64,000 bases of DNA from positions 323,767-387,766 of the forward strand of contig CAVUIA010000001.1 of the NCBI GenBank assembly GCA_963741515.1, in the 5' to 3' direction. Position 1 is the stretch's first letter; the number at the start of each line of letters is the position of its first letter. The position numbers and the translations under genes were made by a program. Origin of the DNA: an uncultured bacterium (lineage in GTDB: Bacteria; Desulfobacterota; Deferrimicrobia; Deferrimicrobiales; Deferrimicrobiaceae). Below are positions 61,468 to 64,000 of this stretch, one piece after another. A model generated the notes under the pieces. That model searched no databases. It was given only the letters and a program-made list of their open reading frames with translations, and was not told where the DNA came from.

Positions 61468-62133
61468 GCGATGCCTCCGTCTCCGACCTTCCGTTTCGAC
61501 GTGCGCCATCCACTTCATTATTCCATCATTCGGCGGCAGCAATTACCTATTGATAACTATTTCCCGAATGGCGATAATTACCTCATGGGCGGATCAGCCG
61601 CCCCACATGCGCTGTGGCGACCAGGAATTCGGTCCTGACCACCGCCAAGGCGCTGGCCCAGGCGCTGCGTCGTGCCGAATCCGCTTTCACGGCTACCGAC
61701 TCGGCGCCTCTTTTTTTCCCCCAAAACAAGAAAATTTCCGATAATCTTGGCATATTCGATGCTGGTATATGGTCATCGAACACCGGAAGGCTGTGCTCCC
61801 AATACGCCTCGGAGGGGGGAAACATGAAACTATCCGACAGGTTATCCCTTCCGCCCACATCCGGCGTCCTGGTTCTGCCGGTTACATTTCCGAATTCCAT
61901 GAATGCGAATTACAAAGGGAAGCACAATGCCTTCCCGTATTAATCCTGTCCGCATCACCCTGTTCAAGACCGAGGATGGCACGGCGGGAAAGGATCTTCA
62001 CCAAAACCGCCTTGGCCGAACCCCCGTCCCTCGCGGCCTCAACCGCTCCCAGCCCGGAAGCGACGGCCGGGACGCCCCGCCGGACCCGGGACGGGAGACC
62101 GGAAGCGAACCCGATGAACCGGAATGATCTGCA

Positions 62134-62322
62134 TCAAGCCGGTTCGGCCCCGGGAGCGTTCTCGCTCTTTTTCGGCGCCCACTCCCCGCACCAATGGTTG
62201 TAGACCACGGTGACGACAGTGGGGAACCGGTGGCATTTGTCCATTTCGCCCTGGACCATTCCCGAGCGGCCCGCCGCGCAGAAATAACAGCTCGAGCACC
62301 TCTCTCCTGACGGTCCCGACAT
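62134..62322 (-). CDS. small Cys-rich protein (62 aa) downstream of kup
   Basis: Strong GAGGAGG Shine-Dalgarno. CSSCYFC...CHRF...WCGEW. Family unknown. Confidence 0.4.
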   Translation of the reverse strand: MSGPSGERCSSCYFCAAGRSGMVQGEMDKCHRFPTVVTVVYNHWCGEWAPKKSENAPGAEPA

Positions 62323-62340
62323 CGCCTGTTCCTCCTCTCG

Positions 62341-64000
62341 TCAATCCATCATGCGGACGGGCAGCACGATCATCGGGTGACCGGAGAAGACCAGCCGCTT
62401 CTGCGCCAGGAACGCCGTCTGGTTGTGCAGCAGCCGCGTGACGAAGTTGTCCTCCTCGAACACCAGCTTTCCCGCGAAGAACGCGCAGTTCGGGAAGTCG
62501 GCCGCCACCTGCCCCGCGAGATGGTTGATGATCTCGAGGACGTCCGTCCCCACCTGGTGACGGGCCTCCGCGTAGTAGCCGTGGCCCTTCGCGAACTCCA
62601 CGTAGTTCTCCAGCTGCTTCCCCAGGTCTTCCTTGAGGTTCTCGATCTCCGCCACCCCCTTGAACCGGCTGGTGTCCACGACCCCCGCGGAGATGAAGAC
62701 GAAGTTCCGGAACGTCCCGGGGAAGGAGCGGACGATCGTGAAGAACACGTGCATCCCCAGGCCGTTGTACCCCGACACCATGATGACCGCCGTCGGCGCC
62801 TGGCGCCGCACCAGCGGCTCCTGCGCGGTGGCCGTCGTCGGCGGAGGGAGGTGCAGCAGGAGCTCGTCGAGGCGCCGCAGCTGCTGGGCCGCGTACCGGT
62901 AGTGGCGGCGGATGTAGAAGCTCGCCGCCACGAAGGAGCCCGTGATCAGAAGCGTGATCCAGCCGCCCTCCGGGAACTTCATGATCACCGTCACGCACAG
63001 GATCGACGCGGTGAGGAAGAACCCGATGCCGTTGACCGCCAGGCCGTGCTTCCACTTCGTCTCGGTCCCGCGGTCCTTCCACCAGTGGACCACCATGCCG
63101 AACTGCGACAGGCTGAAGGTCAGAAACACGTTGATCGAGTACATGATCACGAGGTACCGGACCGAGCCCCCCGTGATGAACAGCATCAGGAACGCCATCC
63201 CCCCCATGAAGTAGACGCCGTACTTGGTCACCAGGCGCTCGGACAGGTGGGCGAACCGGTGCGGCATGTACGAGTCGTTCGCCATGTTCGACAGGACCTG
63301 CGGCCCTCCCAGGAAACCCGTCTGCGCCGCCACGAACAGCAGGACCGCCTCGGTGAAGAGAACGAAGGCGGTCATGTATCGCGCGCCTTCCCCGTGCCAT
63401 AAATCGCCCACCAGCCCGCCGAACAGGACCGCGTTCAGCGTCTTCCCCGGGACGGGAACGACGCCGTTCAGGACGTACCCCACGATGATCCCGCCCGCCA
63501 TGAAGGCCAGGGAGAAGGACAGGTACAGCATCGCCCGCTTGCCCGTCTGCACGCGCGGCTCCCGAAGCGTCTGCATCGAGTTCGAGACCGCCTCGATCCC
63601 CGTGTACGTCCCCGCGCCCATCGAATAGGCCCGCAGAAGCAGCGCCCCCACCCCCAGCCACCCGATCTCCGCCGACGCGGCGTTCAGGTCCGTGGAAACG
63701 CGCGCGCCGACCTCCGGAAGTTCCGGCAGGTGGCGGAAGATCGCGTACAGGATCAGCGGAATGTGGGTCAGCAGGAAGGCGACGAAGATCGGCGTCAGCG
63801 TCACCACCGATTCCTTGACCCCCCGCAGGTTGAGCCAGATGAGGATCGCCAGGATGACGCCGATGAACTGGAACTTGTGCGCCATCCAGTCGGCGGGAAG
63901 GAAGCTGAAGATGGCGTCCGCCCCGGCGGCGATCGACACCGTGATCGTCAGGACGTAGTCGATGACCAGCGCCGACCCCGACACCACGCCCGCCTTCTCG
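62341..64000 (-). CDS. kup: KUP/HAK/KT potassium uptake transporter (partial, N-terminus beyond the window end)
   Basis: Multi-TM transporter body and a cytoplasmic C-terminal domain typical of Kup. The ORF runs off the window. Confidence 0.85.
   Translation of the reverse strand, partial: EKAGVVSGSALVIDYVLTITVSIAAGADAIFSFLPADWMAHKFQFIGVILAILIWLNLRGVKESVVTLTPIFVAFLLTHIPLILYAIFRHLPELPEVGARVSTDLNAASAEIGWLGVGALLLRAYSMGAGTYTGIEAVSNSMQTLREPRVQTGKRAMLYLSFSLAFMAGGIIVGYVLNGVVPVPGKTLNAVLFGGLVGDLWHGEGARYMTAFVLFTEAVLLFVAAQTGFLGGPQVLSNMANDSYMPHRFAHLSERLVTKYGVYFMGGMAFLMLFITGGSVRYLVIMYSINVFLTFSLSQFGMVVHWWKDRGTETKWKHGLAVNGIGFFLTASILCVTVIMKFPEGGWITLLITGSFVAASFYIRRHYRYAAQQLRRLDELLLHLPPPTTATAQEPLVRRQAPTAVIMVSGYNGLGMHVFFTIVRSFPGTFRNFVFISAGVVDTSRFKGVAEIENLKEDLGKQLENYVEFAKGHGYYAEARHQVGTDVLEIINHLAGQVAADFPNCAFFAGKLVFEEDNFVTRLLHNQTAFLAQKRLVFSGHPMIVLPVRMMD

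Noticed and set aside
61583-62127. Small ORFs in the AT-rich spacer between the Sel1 gene and the Cys-rich ORF (61614..61943 +, 61903..62127 +, 61583..61900 -).
   Set aside because: They have no ribosome-binding sites, overlap one another and have poor composition. They are likely non-coding.
58396-62330. Intact integrative element or prophage at tRNA-Thr.
   Set aside because: No integrase, excisionase, phage or conjugation genes are present, and the duplicated att-like 16-mer is only 111 bp from the tRNA. At most this is a decayed islet.

Overview
This is a GC-rich (roughly 65-70% by eye) bacterial chromosomal segment with very high coding density. Most of it is core metabolism. A long minus-strand block from about 23.3 to 46.4 kb carries folK, a fumarylacetoacetate-hydrolase-family gene, dapB-dapA-dapF-lysA, argH-argG-argF-argD-argB, hslU-hslV-xerC-trmFO, a PilS-like kinase, pilC-pilT-pilB and aroE. 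This resembles the Bacillus gid-codV-clpQ-clpY arrangement and suggests a Deltaproteobacteria/Myxococcota-like lineage. That guess is supported by an MglA-like GTPase, a DsrMK-like oxidoreductase and PEP-CTERM proteins. Other content includes a putative sulfur-relay cluster at 0.9-4.9 kb, a STAS/AAA-RsbW partner-switch pair, a 1345-aa radical-SAM/DUF2344/RNase G fusion ORF, an HTH-ADP-ribosylglycohydrolase fusion, one tRNA-Thr, and a lower-GC accessory stretch (58.4-62.3 kb) encoding tiny PEP-CTERM proteins, a double zinc ribbon, a Sel1 protein and several micro-ORFs. Two ORF-free, strongly structured regions stand out: about 820 bp at 4856-5675, and a 171-bp nested palindrome at 54885-55055. 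A hairpin element of about 70 nt occurs twice in inverted orientation, at about 5134-5208 and 58533-58603. Many otherwise well-conserved genes are broken by single-base frame shifts (EF-G-like, hslU, birA/coaX, mglA, trmFO, argB, the GGDEF gene, the mutase), while neighbouring genes are intact. This points to indel errors in the assembly or to genuine pseudogenisation, so CDS ends near those shifts are approximate. No CRISPR array, rRNA, integrase or transposase was seen. Coordinates taken from the ORF track are reliable. Coordinates for small motifs were read by eye and may be off by a few bases.
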